Below are positions 9,161 to 18,780 of a stretch of DNA of 64,000 nt, piece after piece (the first letter of the stretch is position 1; every line of letters begins with the position of its first letter). The stretch spans positions 54 to 64,053 of the forward strand of contig JAAYVH010000138.1 in NCBI GenBank assembly GCA_012517255.1, read 5' to 3'. This DNA is from Chthonomonadales bacterium. Its GTDB lineage: Bacteria > Armatimonadota > Chthonomonadetes > Chthonomonadales > CAJBBX01. Below the pieces are notes generated by a model. The model was not told the DNA's origin. It was given only the letters and a program-made list of their open reading frames with translations, and did not search any database. A program made the translations under genes and the position numbers.

Positions 9161-9191
9161 GGGACCCATGGGTCGTTGGTGGACGCCCGCC
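9161..9191 (+). repeat. Partial extra copy of the alpha-module core (31 nt, 30/31 identical to 8772-8802)
   Basis: GGGACCCATGGGTCGTTGGTGGA[T/C]GCCCGCC occurs at 8772-8802 and 9161-9191 in direct orientation, flanking the beta module. Confidence 0.8.
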
Positions 9192-9266
9192 TGGGCGCGA
9201 GTGCCGATGAGGGACAGGCGGCAGCGGCAGCGCCGAGGCGGGAACGCGAGCGAGGCTGACGCGGGT

Positions 9267-9908
9267 ATGTATCGCCATATGGATCGTCCCTCTGCAGGCG
9301 CAGTGCCTGCGCCTCGGGCGCTTCGGCGGGCAGGGCTCCGGCTGGAATGGGCCACCCTGGGCTGGAACGTCACGGAAGCCGTCGTCGCAATATGGGCCGG
9401 CGCGGTTGCAGGCAGCGTCTCGCTCATCGGATTTGGCGCCGACTCCATCATCGAGAGCCTCTCAGGCGTCGCGTTGGTCTGGCGGCTGCTGGGGCACGAG
9501 GACGACGCAGGTCGCGACCGCATCGCACTGCGCCTCGTCGGCATCAGCTTTCTTGCGCTGGCAGCATATGTCGGCTACGAAGCCGCGACATCGCTCATCA
9601 GGAGCGAAGAGCCTGAAGCGAGTGTCACGGGCATTGTCCTTGCCGCGCTGTCCCTGATCGTGATGCCCCTGCTGGCCCACGCGAAACGCAGGGTCGCTCG
9701 CGGCATGCGCAGCGACGCGCTGGCTGCCGATGCGCGCCAGACGGATATCTGCGCGAATCTATCGGCGATTCTGCTGGTCGGGTTGGGTCTGAATGCATGG
9801 CTTGGGTGGTGGTGGGCGGATCCTGTGGCAGGGCTGGCGATGGCGCCGCTAATCGCGCGAGAAGGATTCGATGCTCTCCGCGGCAAAGGATGCGGATGCA
9901 GGCCATAA
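9267..9908 (+). CDS. Cation-efflux (CDF-like) membrane protein, transmembrane domain only
   Basis: The C-terminal two-thirds of track ORF 8925-9908 is hydrophobic and CDF-like (GFGADSIIESLSG, ADARQTDICANLSAILLVGL, ADPVAGL). The N-terminal 114 codons of the track ORF lie in the repeat region, so the ATG at 9267 (or 9279) is preferred. Confidence 0.65.
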   Translation: MYRHMDRPSAGAVPAPRALRRAGLRLEWATLGWNVTEAVVAIWAGAVAGSVSLIGFGADSIIESLSGVALVWRLLGHEDDAGRDRIALRLVGISFLALAAYVGYEAATSLIRSEEPEASVTGIVLAALSLIVMPLLAHAKRRVARGMRSDALAADARQTDICANLSAILLVGLGLNAWLGWWWADPVAGLAMAPLIAREGFDALRGKGCGCRP

Positions 9909-9969
9909 CGACAGCGGCCGCTGCGCCGAGAGGGACTGGGTGCATCACCACATCCGTCGGGAGGAGACC

Positions 9970-11322
9970 ATGGACGATCAGACAAGAGCCGGCGCGCCAG
10001 AGCGCTCGGATGCGACCGCGCTTTCGCGCCGACAGCTTCTGCAGAGCGCCGCTGCAACGGGGGCTGCGCTTGCGTTAAGCGCCGACATGAGCCTTGGCAT
10101 GACCCAGAACCCCGACCCGTTGACGGTGGGCACAGGCAAGCGCGTGATCACGCCGGACCCGCTGCTGCCGGTATCGGGCGGCATGGGTCCGACGGTACCA
10201 GCCACCAGGAAGCTCGGCGACATCACGGCTCGCGCTCTGTACATCCGCCGAGGGCGCGAGGCAGTCGGTATCGTGAGCCTCGACCTTCTGGGCTTCCCTT
10301 CAGTCCTCGGCGACCGCGTGCGGGCTCGCGTGCCGCGGCTGGCTCCCGATCACATCCTTATCGGCGTCACGCATACGCACAGCGCTCCGGACTGCTATGC
10401 GTTTCCCGATGGCCGCGGCGGCCACACCGGTGACCTCGCGTACATGGAGCGCGTGTGCACGCTGGCCGCGGAGGCCATGAACGAAGCGATCGACGGCGCG
10501 CAAGCGGCGACGGTGCGGATCGCGCCCGCCGAGGCACAGGGAAAGATCGCCTACAACTATTATGCGCCCGACCTCTACGACCGCCGCATGTCGGTCATTC
10601 AGGCGCGCACGCCGGCGGGCAAGCCCATCGCGACGCTGGTGAACTACGCCATCCATCCCGAGGTTCTCGGCAACGATCAGGGCATTCTGAGCCCCGACCT
10701 CTGCGGCCCGCTGTACGACCGCATCGAGGAGCGCGGCGGAGGCATGGGCATCTTCACGAACAGCGCGCAGGGCGGCATGGTCACCGCCGATAACCGGATC
10801 CTTGACAAACCGAAGGATGCCTTGCGCGGCTACTGGGAGGATGCCCGGACGTGGGAGGAGTGCGTCCGGATCGGCGCCCTGATGGCCGACGAGGCTCTGC
10901 GCATCGTGGCCGACGCGCCCGACCAGGCCGAGCCCGCCCTGAGTTGTCGCTCAGAGATGGTCACGTTCCCCGTGGGATCGCCGGACCTGTGGCTCGTCGT
11001 AACGCTGTCGCCGCTGAAGTATCCTCATGGCGAGGATCGAACCATCAAGACCCGCGTGAGTCTCGTCAATCTGGGCGACGCTCAGATTCTGACCATTCCC
11101 GGCGAGGCGCTGCCGAACATCGGCTTCTATCTCAAGCGCAAGATGCGCGGGAAGCACAACATGCTCTTCGGCCTGACCAATGACGCCTTCGGCTATATCC
11201 TCACGCCGGAGGACTTCGACAGCTTCTCTCGGTACGACTATGTCTCGCGGGTATCGCTGGGCGAACGCACCGGCCAGATCCTCATTGCCAAGGCGCTGGA
11301 GATGGTGGGGCCGACCGGATAG
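9970..11322 (+). CDS. Neutral/alkaline ceramidase-like hydrolase with TAT signal
   Basis: ATG at 9970 preceded by GGGAGGAG. N-terminus has the twin-arginine motif SRRQLLQSAAATGAALAL. GVTHTHSAPD resembles the ceramidase N-terminal metal-binding motif. Confidence 0.65.
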   Translation: MDDQTRAGAPERSDATALSRRQLLQSAAATGAALALSADMSLGMTQNPDPLTVGTGKRVITPDPLLPVSGGMGPTVPATRKLGDITARALYIRRGREAVGIVSLDLLGFPSVLGDRVRARVPRLAPDHILIGVTHTHSAPDCYAFPDGRGGHTGDLAYMERVCTLAAEAMNEAIDGAQAATVRIAPAEAQGKIAYNYYAPDLYDRRMSVIQARTPAGKPIATLVNYAIHPEVLGNDQGILSPDLCGPLYDRIEERGGGMGIFTNSAQGGMVTADNRILDKPKDALRGYWEDARTWEECVRIGALMADEALRIVADAPDQAEPALSCRSEMVTFPVGSPDLWLVVTLSPLKYPHGEDRTIKTRVSLVNLGDAQILTIPGEALPNIGFYLKRKMRGKHNMLFGLTNDAFGYILTPEDFDSFSRYDYVSRVSLGERTGQILIAKALEMVGPTG

Positions 11323-11338
11323 GGCGGCAGGCGACACA

Positions 11339-14092
11339 CTATTTCGCCACCTCGACACGCGCAAGGTCTACGATCACTCCGCTCCTGTTGCATGGATCGA
11401 GCCGAATGCTCGTGATGATGCCGCGCCAGCGCAGGTTGGGCTTCACGCTGACGGCATACTCGTGCCACTGCCCGTCCACCTTCACGGGGAATCGCACGCT
11501 GGCCGCCTCCGATGTTGGCGTCGAACGTGTCGTCCAGAACACCTGAGCATGATCTTCGAACGGGACACCGTCGGAGGCCGTCAGCCGCATGCGCAGCTTG
11601 AGCGTGCCGCGATCGGCAGCGGCAACCTGCATGGGAGGGCCGAAGAAGGCGGCGTCATTGTTGGCGGTGACGCATCGGAGGGCGCCGTCTTCGATCCGGA
11701 AGTCGGTCAGGTTCATGCCGGAGTCCCATCCCGACGAGTCCTTTGACAGATCCCAGATGCCATTCAAGGCCGCCTCGACGTTCACCTGCGGCACTCTGTG
11801 GCCGACATCGGCGGGGGTCAGATCGGTATGCGCCCGCGGCGCATCGGTGAACACATCGCGGATCGCGTCGAGATAGCCGAAGCCGAACTCACGATGCGGC
11901 TCGATGTAGGAACCCTCGCCGAGCTCGTTCCAGGCTTCGACAAGCGCCACGGGAAGAGCCTTGTCGGGATGAGCCTCGATGAACGCGCGCGCATCCTCGA
12001 GGTGCCTGCGGAAAAGCGCAGGGGTTCTGCCCGAGCGAACCAGCGCCGAGTCTCCATGCCACGGTCGGCTATCCCAGCCACCGGAGACGGGGGTCATGAT
12101 GGGAAGCGCACCCTCGGCTGCGTAGCGCTCCCATAGCTCACGGTGAGGTTGCAGGAGGTCGGCGAACGGCGCCCAGCGCTCGGAGCCGCGCGTGCCGAGG
12201 CCCGGCCAGTTATAGGCGGTCACGGCATCGTAACCCTCTTCCTTCAGCAGGCGCGTCTCGGCGACGTCATAGCCGGCGCACGCGATGATGTAGAGCCCCT
12301 TTAGGCCGGCTCGGACGCATTCCTCGCGCATGGCATCGAACGCGCGGCGCACGGCGGCGCTCCCCATGTCGGCACGGAAGCGATAGGGCGTGAAGATGAT
12401 CATAACGGGCTTGCCGTCAATGGTGTAGTGCTCCGGCCTGTGGAAGTAGTGCTCGATCCAGTAGCGCACGACGTTCATGAAGTCCTCGTGCGACGATGTG
12501 CCGTCGGCATTGTGGTTGGCCCAGAGGAGGCAGAACTTCAGGTAGTTGCGGTACCTGGCGTTGAAGTAGCCTTCATGCAACGCGTGCTCAAGGTGCCGGG
12601 CACCTTCCGACCAATACCAGTCGTACGCGAAGAAGGTGATCCCATGCTCGACGGCCCACTTGATGTGCCAGTCCGCCACCGATGGGTCGCCCTCGCGATA
12701 CCACCCCAGAATGGGCCGCCGCTCGGGGAACCGGGTGATCGGCGCCCACTGGCCTGACGTCCTCCACCCAGGGAAGTAGTAGACCCCGACATCGAGCATG
12801 CCTCGCACCGGGTTGGGCTCAGGCGGATAGCCTGTGACCGGGACCTTCGGTCTGGGCGTCACGACGATGCGCCGCACAGCCTCGGCAGACAAGCCGCCTG
12901 CGGCTGCCGCACGCACGCGCACCGAGATTGCGCCAGGATTGGCAACGCGGATAGTCCACCGCCAGGTTTCTTCCTGTCCGAAGCGCAGCGATGGGACGGG
13001 CGTCGAGTGACCTGACGGCCTTGCGTCGAGCGCCGCCTCCTTCGGCATGACCAATCGAGCTGTAACGCTGCGTGCTGTCGCGCCGCCGGCATTCGAGATG
13101 CGGGCAACCAGCATGATCGGAGAACCCGCCCGGGGCAGCGCCTCTTCGGAATCGAACGCCTCGATCCGAAGGTCGGGCGGTCCCTGAGGAACGGCTGCGA
13201 CGGCCAGGCCCTTCAGGAAGCACGAATCGCCGGCTGCCGAACCCGGCCTGAGGCCAACCGCAACGATGTTGCCCTTCCAAGCCGGGTGGTTCAGCATATC
13301 GAGGTTGTAGGTTCGCGCTTTGCTGCCGGTCTCGACATTGAGCGGCACCTCGTGCAGGCCGAACGCGGCGTCCGACGTGAACACCACGGCAATCCGCCGG
13401 GCCCTCGCCGAGGCCAGACGCAGCGAAACGCACGGTGTCGTCTCGGCGTCAACCGGCGCGATCGGAGCCAGGTCGAAGCCGTCGGGCTCATCGAGCGTGA
13501 GCTTCAGGCCGTCAGCCAGCCGCGTTACCGAGGTTCCCTGCATGGATTGCCACAGCGCCGCATCGCGAGGCAGTTGCAGCGATGCCGATGACGCCCTGGG
13601 CACCGGCAGCTCCACGATGCGCATGAACTCCACAGAAAACTGCGCACCGTCATACGGGTCGAAGCGCAGCTTGATGATCTTGCCTGCGCGCTGCCAGAAC
13701 GGAAATGCGCGGTAGGTGCGCCACTGACCGTCGCCGCGTACGCCGATGTGGATGACCTTCTCCTGCGAGAACCCGCCGAACCGCCCCTCAGTTGTCTCCG
13801 TCCAGAACAGCTCGATGGTGCCGTCCCGATCCGCCTTCACGCGGATCTCGAACGCCTGCCACGGCGATGCCGGGATATCGAGCGTCGGCCTGTACTGCAT
13901 GATCGGGTCGGAGCCGGACGTGCGGAACGACACGATGCTGCCGGATACCGTGAGCCCCGTGACCTCGGCATTCGGCTGCCAATCGCCCACGCCCTCTGCG
14001 CCGGACCACTGCCAGAGCACGACAGGCGGCCTGGACGTCTGCGATTCGAGCGGCGCTGCGCACAGCGCGGCGATGGCAATGACGGCAATCAT
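11339..14092 (-). CDS. Large secreted multidomain protein with a GH99-like/WbsX domain
   Basis: ATG at 14092 preceded by AGGAG gives the signal peptide MIAVIAIAALCAAPLESQ; the track start at 14338 adds 82 unlikely codons. A CARDB-like segment (PPDLRIEAFDSEEALPRAGSPIMLVARISNAGGATA) is followed by VGVYYFPGWR...ILGWYREGDP...HGITFFAYDWYW...CLLWANHN, typical of PF14307 (WbsX/GH99-like). Confidence 0.7.
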   Translation of the reverse strand: MIAVIAIAALCAAPLESQTSRPPVVLWQWSGAEGVGDWQPNAEVTGLTVSGSIVSFRTSGSDPIMQYRPTLDIPASPWQAFEIRVKADRDGTIELFWTETTEGRFGGFSQEKVIHIGVRGDGQWRTYRAFPFWQRAGKIIKLRFDPYDGAQFSVEFMRIVELPVPRASSASLQLPRDAALWQSMQGTSVTRLADGLKLTLDEPDGFDLAPIAPVDAETTPCVSLRLASARARRIAVVFTSDAAFGLHEVPLNVETGSKARTYNLDMLNHPAWKGNIVAVGLRPGSAAGDSCFLKGLAVAAVPQGPPDLRIEAFDSEEALPRAGSPIMLVARISNAGGATARSVTARLVMPKEAALDARPSGHSTPVPSLRFGQEETWRWTIRVANPGAISVRVRAAAAGGLSAEAVRRIVVTPRPKVPVTGYPPEPNPVRGMLDVGVYYFPGWRTSGQWAPITRFPERRPILGWYREGDPSVADWHIKWAVEHGITFFAYDWYWSEGARHLEHALHEGYFNARYRNYLKFCLLWANHNADGTSSHEDFMNVVRYWIEHYFHRPEHYTIDGKPVMIIFTPYRFRADMGSAAVRRAFDAMREECVRAGLKGLYIIACAGYDVAETRLLKEEGYDAVTAYNWPGLGTRGSERWAPFADLLQPHRELWERYAAEGALPIMTPVSGGWDSRPWHGDSALVRSGRTPALFRRHLEDARAFIEAHPDKALPVALVEAWNELGEGSYIEPHREFGFGYLDAIRDVFTDAPRAHTDLTPADVGHRVPQVNVEAALNGIWDLSKDSSGWDSGMNLTDFRIEDGALRCVTANNDAAFFGPPMQVAAADRGTLKLRMRLTASDGVPFEDHAQVFWTTRSTPTSEAASVRFPVKVDGQWHEYAVSVKPNLRWRGIITSIRLDPCNRSGVIVDLARVEVAK

Positions 14093-14271
14093 GGGTCTGG
14101 CTCCTGACGAGACGATTGTGCACGGGTCACGGCCACGGATCGAGGTCGGCTGCAACACGGCTATGTGACCGACCGGCGCGCACGGAAGGCTCTCTCTGCC
14201 ACCGTTTCGACACACCGCGCAGGGAATCCTTGCCAGGCTGCCGAAGTGCTGGACGTTGCCAGAACACCCGC

Positions 14272-15303
14272 ATGACGTCGCAAGTGTTCGGATCCTGGCG
14301 AGGAGTTGACCCCATGGAAGTACCGCTCCACGGTTCACGTGTCGTCGCGCGCTCCGACGGTCATATCGCGATCGAGAGCTTCGAAACGAGGCCTCCGGGG
14401 CCCGGCGAGGTGATGATCGCCACCGAAGTCACGCTCATCAGCGCCGGCACCGAGCTCGCCATGCTGGCGGAGGAGCATGGGTCATTCTGCCCGGGCTACT
14501 CGAACGTCGGTCGGATCATCGCATTGGGCGACGGCGTCGAGGGCGTATCGATCGGAGATCGGGCGCTCTCGCTCGGTTGCCATGCGAGCCATGTCACCGT
14601 ATCGTCGGCGCCGGCGAGCGTCATGCCCGTGCCGGAAGGCGTCTCGCCCGAAGAGGCGACGTTCGGCGTGCTCGGAAGCGTCTCGGCCCATGGCGTGCGC
14701 AAGGCCCGGTTGGAGATGGGTGAGCATGTGCTAGTGGCCGGTATGGGGGTCGTCGGCCAGCTTGCGCTGCAGTTCGCCGCGCAGGCGGGATGCGAAACGC
14801 TCATCGCGTCCGATCTCAGCGACCGCCGCCTGTCGCTCGCGCGGGAGCTGACCGGCGCCACGGTCCTGAACCCGACGGCGTGCGACATGGCCGCCGAAGT
14901 TGAACGGATCACCGAGGGTCGCGGCCTCGACTGCATCATCGAGGCGTCGGGCTACCCCGACCACCTGCCGGCGCTGTTTGACATGGCCCGCATCGGAGGC
15001 CGAATCGTGCTCCTGGGCTCCATCTGGCACCGCACAGTGGAAGTGGACTTCATGCCGTTTCACCTGAAGGAGCTGACCCTCATCGGCGCGCACCAGCCTA
15101 AGTGCCCTACCGTCGCCACGCCTGCATTCCCATGGACCCAGCAGTACAACCGCGCCCAGACGCTGAAGATGATCGCCGACGGCCGGCTCAAGGTGCGACC
15201 GCTGATCACGCACCGACTGCCCTACACCGAGGCGGCGGAAGCCTACCGCTTGCTCCGCGAAGAACGTGACAGTGCGCTGGGGGTAGTCCTGACTTACGTG
15301 TAG
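14272..15303 (+). CDS. Medium-chain (zinc-type) alcohol/polyol dehydrogenase family protein
   Basis: GPGEVMIATEVTLISAGTE, the Rossmann motif VAGMGVVGQLALQFAAQAG and an MDR-like C-terminus. Start at ATG 14272 or ATG 14314; the track start at 14116 overlaps the divergent promoter region. Confidence 0.7.
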   Translation: MTSQVFGSWRGVDPMEVPLHGSRVVARSDGHIAIESFETRPPGPGEVMIATEVTLISAGTELAMLAEEHGSFCPGYSNVGRIIALGDGVEGVSIGDRALSLGCHASHVTVSSAPASVMPVPEGVSPEEATFGVLGSVSAHGVRKARLEMGEHVLVAGMGVVGQLALQFAAQAGCETLIASDLSDRRLSLARELTGATVLNPTACDMAAEVERITEGRGLDCIIEASGYPDHLPALFDMARIGGRIVLLGSIWHRTVEVDFMPFHLKELTLIGAHQPKCPTVATPAFPWTQQYNRAQTLKMIADGRLKVRPLITHRLPYTEAAEAYRLLREERDSALGVVLTYV

Positions 15304-15327
15304 CTGAAACCCACGCGAGGCGAGCGA

Positions 15328-16488
15328 TCAGCGAGGTTGGCCGCTCGCGCTTCTGATGGGCCAGAGCCCGATCACCACGAAGGTTACAATGAGCGCGGCC
15401 CCTCCGAGCGCAAACGGTGCGCGCACCCCTCCGGCATCTGCCGCCATGCCGGACAGAACCGGCCCCAGCACGCATCCCGCCCCGAGGATAGCCTCATGGT
15501 AGCCCATGTTGGCGTCGCGGTTGCCGCCCGTGTAGAGGCCGTAGTGAATGCTGCCGACATGGGCCGGGGTCCGCGACGCGCCCAACAGCGCCGATCCTGC
15601 CACCAGCGCGACGGCGGAACTGCCCCGGGCAAACAGCGCCATGGCGGCAATGCCCGCCAGGAAACCGGTCAGGAATGCCGCCTTGCGGAAATGCCACCAC
15701 GAACCCGTGGCCAGAATGGCGAAGAGCGCGACCTGCCCGATCCACACGACCGCCGCCATCTCCCCGATGGCGCCGTCGCCGTAACCAAGACTGCGGGCGA
15801 GTCGCGGGAACACCGTCGCCGCCGATGAGCCCACGAACCACATGGCGAAGTTGGCGATCCACGCCATGCGGAGGAAGGCGCGGCCTCGCGGGTCATCCTG
15901 TTCGATGGCGACGCCCGATCCGTCAGATCCGACCGGATCGGGCGCTCCATTGCTGCGTCGCACGCGCACCGCCATGAAGACGAAGACTACGGCAACGATC
16001 GCTCCCGCCGCCCAGAAGGCTCCTCGTGCTCCGATCAGGTCGTAGGCATGGCCCGATACCGCGACACCCGTCAGAATGCCGCATGTCCAGCTTACGTTGA
16101 AGATGCCGGAGCGTACGCGGGTCTCGTCGTTGTCCTCTACCTTCAGGTAGGTCTGCAGCGACGGCCAGAAGATGCCCGATCCCGCTCCGGCCAGGGGCGC
16201 CGCGACTAGCAGATGCCACGGCGCCAGAGCGAACCCATAGGCAGCGGTGCCAACGCCGAATGCAGCTGCGCCTGCTAGCATCATGCTCTTCGCTCCGAAG
16301 CGTCCCACCAGCCGACCGGTCGCCAGCGCTGTCAGCATGTAGGCCACCCCCCAGCACAGGCCCATCAGTATGCCGATCTGCGTCGCCGACGCGCCCAGAT
16401 CGAGCGCGCGGAAGTTGACCATGATCTGCGACATGGCCACGGCCGCATCCATGGCAAAGGGAATGATCGCGAAGTCGGAGCGGGTCAT
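15328..16488 (-). CDS. MFS transporter
   Basis: 386-aa protein, highly hydrophobic with about 12 predicted TM segments and the usual MFS loop pattern (LATGRLVGRFGAK). Confidence 0.8.
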   Translation of the reverse strand: MTRSDFAIIPFAMDAAVAMSQIMVNFRALDLGASATQIGILMGLCWGVAYMLTALATGRLVGRFGAKSMMLAGAAAFGVGTAAYGFALAPWHLLVAAPLAGAGSGIFWPSLQTYLKVEDNDETRVRSGIFNVSWTCGILTGVAVSGHAYDLIGARGAFWAAGAIVAVVFVFMAVRVRRSNGAPDPVGSDGSGVAIEQDDPRGRAFLRMAWIANFAMWFVGSSAATVFPRLARSLGYGDGAIGEMAAVVWIGQVALFAILATGSWWHFRKAAFLTGFLAGIAAMALFARGSSAVALVAGSALLGASRTPAHVGSIHYGLYTGGNRDANMGYHEAILGAGCVLGPVLSGMAADAGGVRAPFALGGAALIVTFVVIGLWPIRSASGQPR

Positions 16489-16639
16489 AGTGCAGGGGAG
16501 ATCCAGCTACTCGCACTGTGATACCCCATGAGGTGACCTTTCGAAACGTTACGGGCTCCTCGCACGGTCGTGCCATGGATCGGCGAGGTACACTCACACG
16601 CAACCGCTATCGCTGGCCTTGCCTCACAACGGAGCACCT

Positions 16640-17602
16640 ATGAGTGTCTCATCGCCCGACAGCCAGACGACCGTTCTCTATGGCATCGGCGAGTGGTTCG
16701 GAAGACTGTTCGATTCGCTTACGCCTGATGACCGCCGCGATCTGCTGGATGCGGCGACCACCCCGACACGCGCCACGCTCGCTAGGTGCCCGTTCCGACC
16801 CGATAACCGCTGCAACAAGCGCGGGGGTGTCTGCTCGCTCACCAGATACGAGATCACCAGAGCCAGCGCCGGCGCCGAGACCGGCGTTCGCCCTATCGGC
16901 GAGCTTGTGACGCTGTGCCCAGAGCGGTTTCTGGAGAACCATCTGGTGTACCGATGGGTCGCGGAGACGCTCCTCGATTGCGCAGAGCCACAGATTGCCA
17001 CCGAAGTGGACTTTCTGCGGCGGCCTGTAGAGTATCAGGGCGCGGATGTGAGCGGCATGCTGAGCGAGCGGCCCGAGGCAGGAGTCGACCGAAGCGTCGG
17101 TCGTATTGACTGCGTGCTAGTGGCACCGCCATCCGATGAACCGATGCGCTGGTGCGCTCTGGAAGCACAAGCTGTCTACTTCTCGGGCGCAAGCATGAGC
17201 GAGGACTTCAGACTCATGCGCGGGTGGGCTGGCCCGGGCATCCCACCGCCCTCCGGCCGCCGCCGACCAGATTGGCGGAGCAGCGGCCCCAAGCGGTTGA
17301 TGCCTCAGCTCCAGATCAAGGTTCCGGCGCTTCGCCGCTGGGGCAAGAAGATGGCTGTCGTCGTTGACCGCTCATTCTTCGGATCTTTGTCGCACATGGA
17401 TCCAGCACACGATGTATCCAACTGCGACATAGCATGGTTCGTCGTACGGTACGTGAAGGCCGACGGTCGTGCCCGTCTGCAACCCGATCGCATCCATCTC
17501 ACTACGCTGGAGCGAGCAGTGGAAGGGCTCACCGCAGGCATCCCGCTCAGTCAGTCGGAGTTCGAGGAGCGCATACGCGCCAAGCTTGCGACGTCCGGCT
17601 AA
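16640..17602 (+). CDS. Type II restriction endonuclease, NotI-fold family
   Basis: ATG at 16640 with GGAG 7 nt upstream. Cys cluster CPFRPDNRCNKRGGVCSL...LCPERF matches the Cys4 iron-binding motif layout of NotI. RIDCVLV...ALEAQAVYFSGAS matches the NotI D...E-x-Q catalytic core as I recall it. It is convergent with, and overlaps by 4 nt, a DNA methyltransferase gene. Confidence 0.65.
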   Translation: MSVSSPDSQTTVLYGIGEWFGRLFDSLTPDDRRDLLDAATTPTRATLARCPFRPDNRCNKRGGVCSLTRYEITRASAGAETGVRPIGELVTLCPERFLENHLVYRWVAETLLDCAEPQIATEVDFLRRPVEYQGADVSGMLSERPEAGVDRSVGRIDCVLVAPPSDEPMRWCALEAQAVYFSGASMSEDFRLMRGWAGPGIPPPSGRRRPDWRSSGPKRLMPQLQIKVPALRRWGKKMAVVVDRSFFGSLSHMDPAHDVSNCDIAWFVVRYVKADGRARLQPDRIHLTTLERAVEGLTAGIPLSQSEFEERIRAKLATSG

Positions 17603-18513
17603 GCGGTAGCGGCGCTTCCTGGTCTTTCTGGGCTGTCGAGCCAGCCGAACTCCCGGCCGATCAGCAACTCAAACTTCTCGTCATGGTGCGTCGTCTTCAT
17701 CGGAACGCGTCGCACCTGAAAGCCATGCCGTTCTGCCAGGTATCGGATTTCAGGGGCATCGTCGTAGGTCATCAAGACGTCTCCGGCCAAAGTCGCCGCA
17801 AGCCTGAACAGGCCGGCGTGGTCCACGGAGCTATGGGCATACAGACGCCTGCCCGCGATCGTATAAGGTGGGTCAACGAAGAAGACCGCATCCGACCGTG
17901 ATCCCTGTTCAGCCATGACCAGCATCCCGTCGCCACACACGAACCGCAGTCGGTGGCGGATCGCCGCAATATCCCTCACACGTTTTGCTAGCGTCGCCGG
18001 GTACCATCGAGAGCGCAGTCCTCGACCGTTCTCACCGTTTTTCACCAAGCCTGCGCCTGGCGCCATGATTCCCCCACGACTAACGCGGTTCCGCACGATC
18101 GTCTGAAGCGCTCGTTCGGTTGTGGTGAGATCGGTAGCTTCCAGGAGCGCACGGACACTGGCCTGACACATATCGAAGGCCAGGATTTGCTCCGACAACT
18201 CGGCGCCATGTCCGTTCAGCATCGCTTCCCAGACACTGGCTACGGTTTCGTCTAGCTCGACCAGGAGCGCACTGTCTACGAGATCATCAAATACGGCCGT
18301 GAGGCTAACAATGCCGCCTCCGGCGAACGGCTCAACCATGAGGGTGGGGCGCGGCTGCTTGCAGCGAAGCCACTGCCGAACGTAGGGCACCAGCCATGTC
18401 TTGCCGCCGGGGTAGCGGAATGGGCTGCGCAGCGGTACTGTCGCAACGTTGACAATGGCCTTCCTGGCCTCGCTGGAGATTCTTGAGCGCCGGCTCGGAG
18501 GTGCTACGGACAT
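17599..18513 (-). CDS. N6-adenine DNA methyltransferase (D12/Dam-like class)
   Basis: FRYPGGKTWL, motif I EPFAGGG and motif IV FFVDPPY, in the order typical of alpha-group m6A methyltransferases. The ATG at 18513 is preferred over the track start at 18720. Confidence 0.8.
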   Translation of the reverse strand: MSVAPPSRRSRISSEARKAIVNVATVPLRSPFRYPGGKTWLVPYVRQWLRCKQPRPTLMVEPFAGGGIVSLTAVFDDLVDSALLVELDETVASVWEAMLNGHGAELSEQILAFDMCQASVRALLEATDLTTTERALQTIVRNRVSRGGIMAPGAGLVKNGENGRGLRSRWYPATLAKRVRDIAAIRHRLRFVCGDGMLVMAEQGSRSDAVFFVDPPYTIAGRRLYAHSSVDHAGLFRLAATLAGDVLMTYDDAPEIRYLAERHGFQVRRVPMKTTHHDEKFELLIGREFGWLDSPERPGSAATA

Positions 18514-18780
18514 GGTCTGTTGTACCTCGTCCCAGTCAAACAAGACATGCGTTGCACGCACTTTGTTGTCGCTCCTTCCCCTCGCCGAACGAACCCACCT
18601 TGAGTCCTGGAAGCGCTTCGACGCAGATGGGCTCGGGAAGCTGCAGTTCACTCGGGCAGAGACGCCGAATGCGGAACCGACGCCAGACAGAGAGCAGGCG
18701 TCGGAACCCCGTCTCCGCACACTTCGTAGTGTCTGATACTCGGCCCGGCCAAAGAATCACAGTCCATAGAGGTCACGCCC

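Noticed and set aside
8749-9191. CRISPR array or tandem repeat.
   Set aside because: There are only two to three copies, of unequal length and irregular spacing (389 nt and 28 kb). No cas genes are present.
8595-9266. ORFs inside the repeat region: 8595-8924 (-), 8689-8889 (+), 8897-9079 (-) and the first 114 codons of 8925-9908. Similar ORFs occur at 37282-37470 and 37389-37766.
   Set aside because: Their peptides (VIPATAGIH, AVAGMT, RLRGNDGG, IPAFAGMT, GRTNRAL) are the known translation artefacts of REP-like palindromic repeats, and the same DNA recurs in a second non-coding locus.
8749-9266. The structured region upstream of the CDF-like cation transporter might be a metal (NiCo/czcD-type) riboswitch.
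   Set aside because: The same element occurs next to an unrelated peptidase gene at 37380-37664. I cannot find the four-way-junction layout of the czcD motif.
17599-17602. Identical CTAA overlap of convergent stop codons here and at 44382-44385.
   Set aside because: A four-nucleotide TAA/TAG overlap is a trivial consequence of convergent genes abutting. No extended shared sequence was seen.
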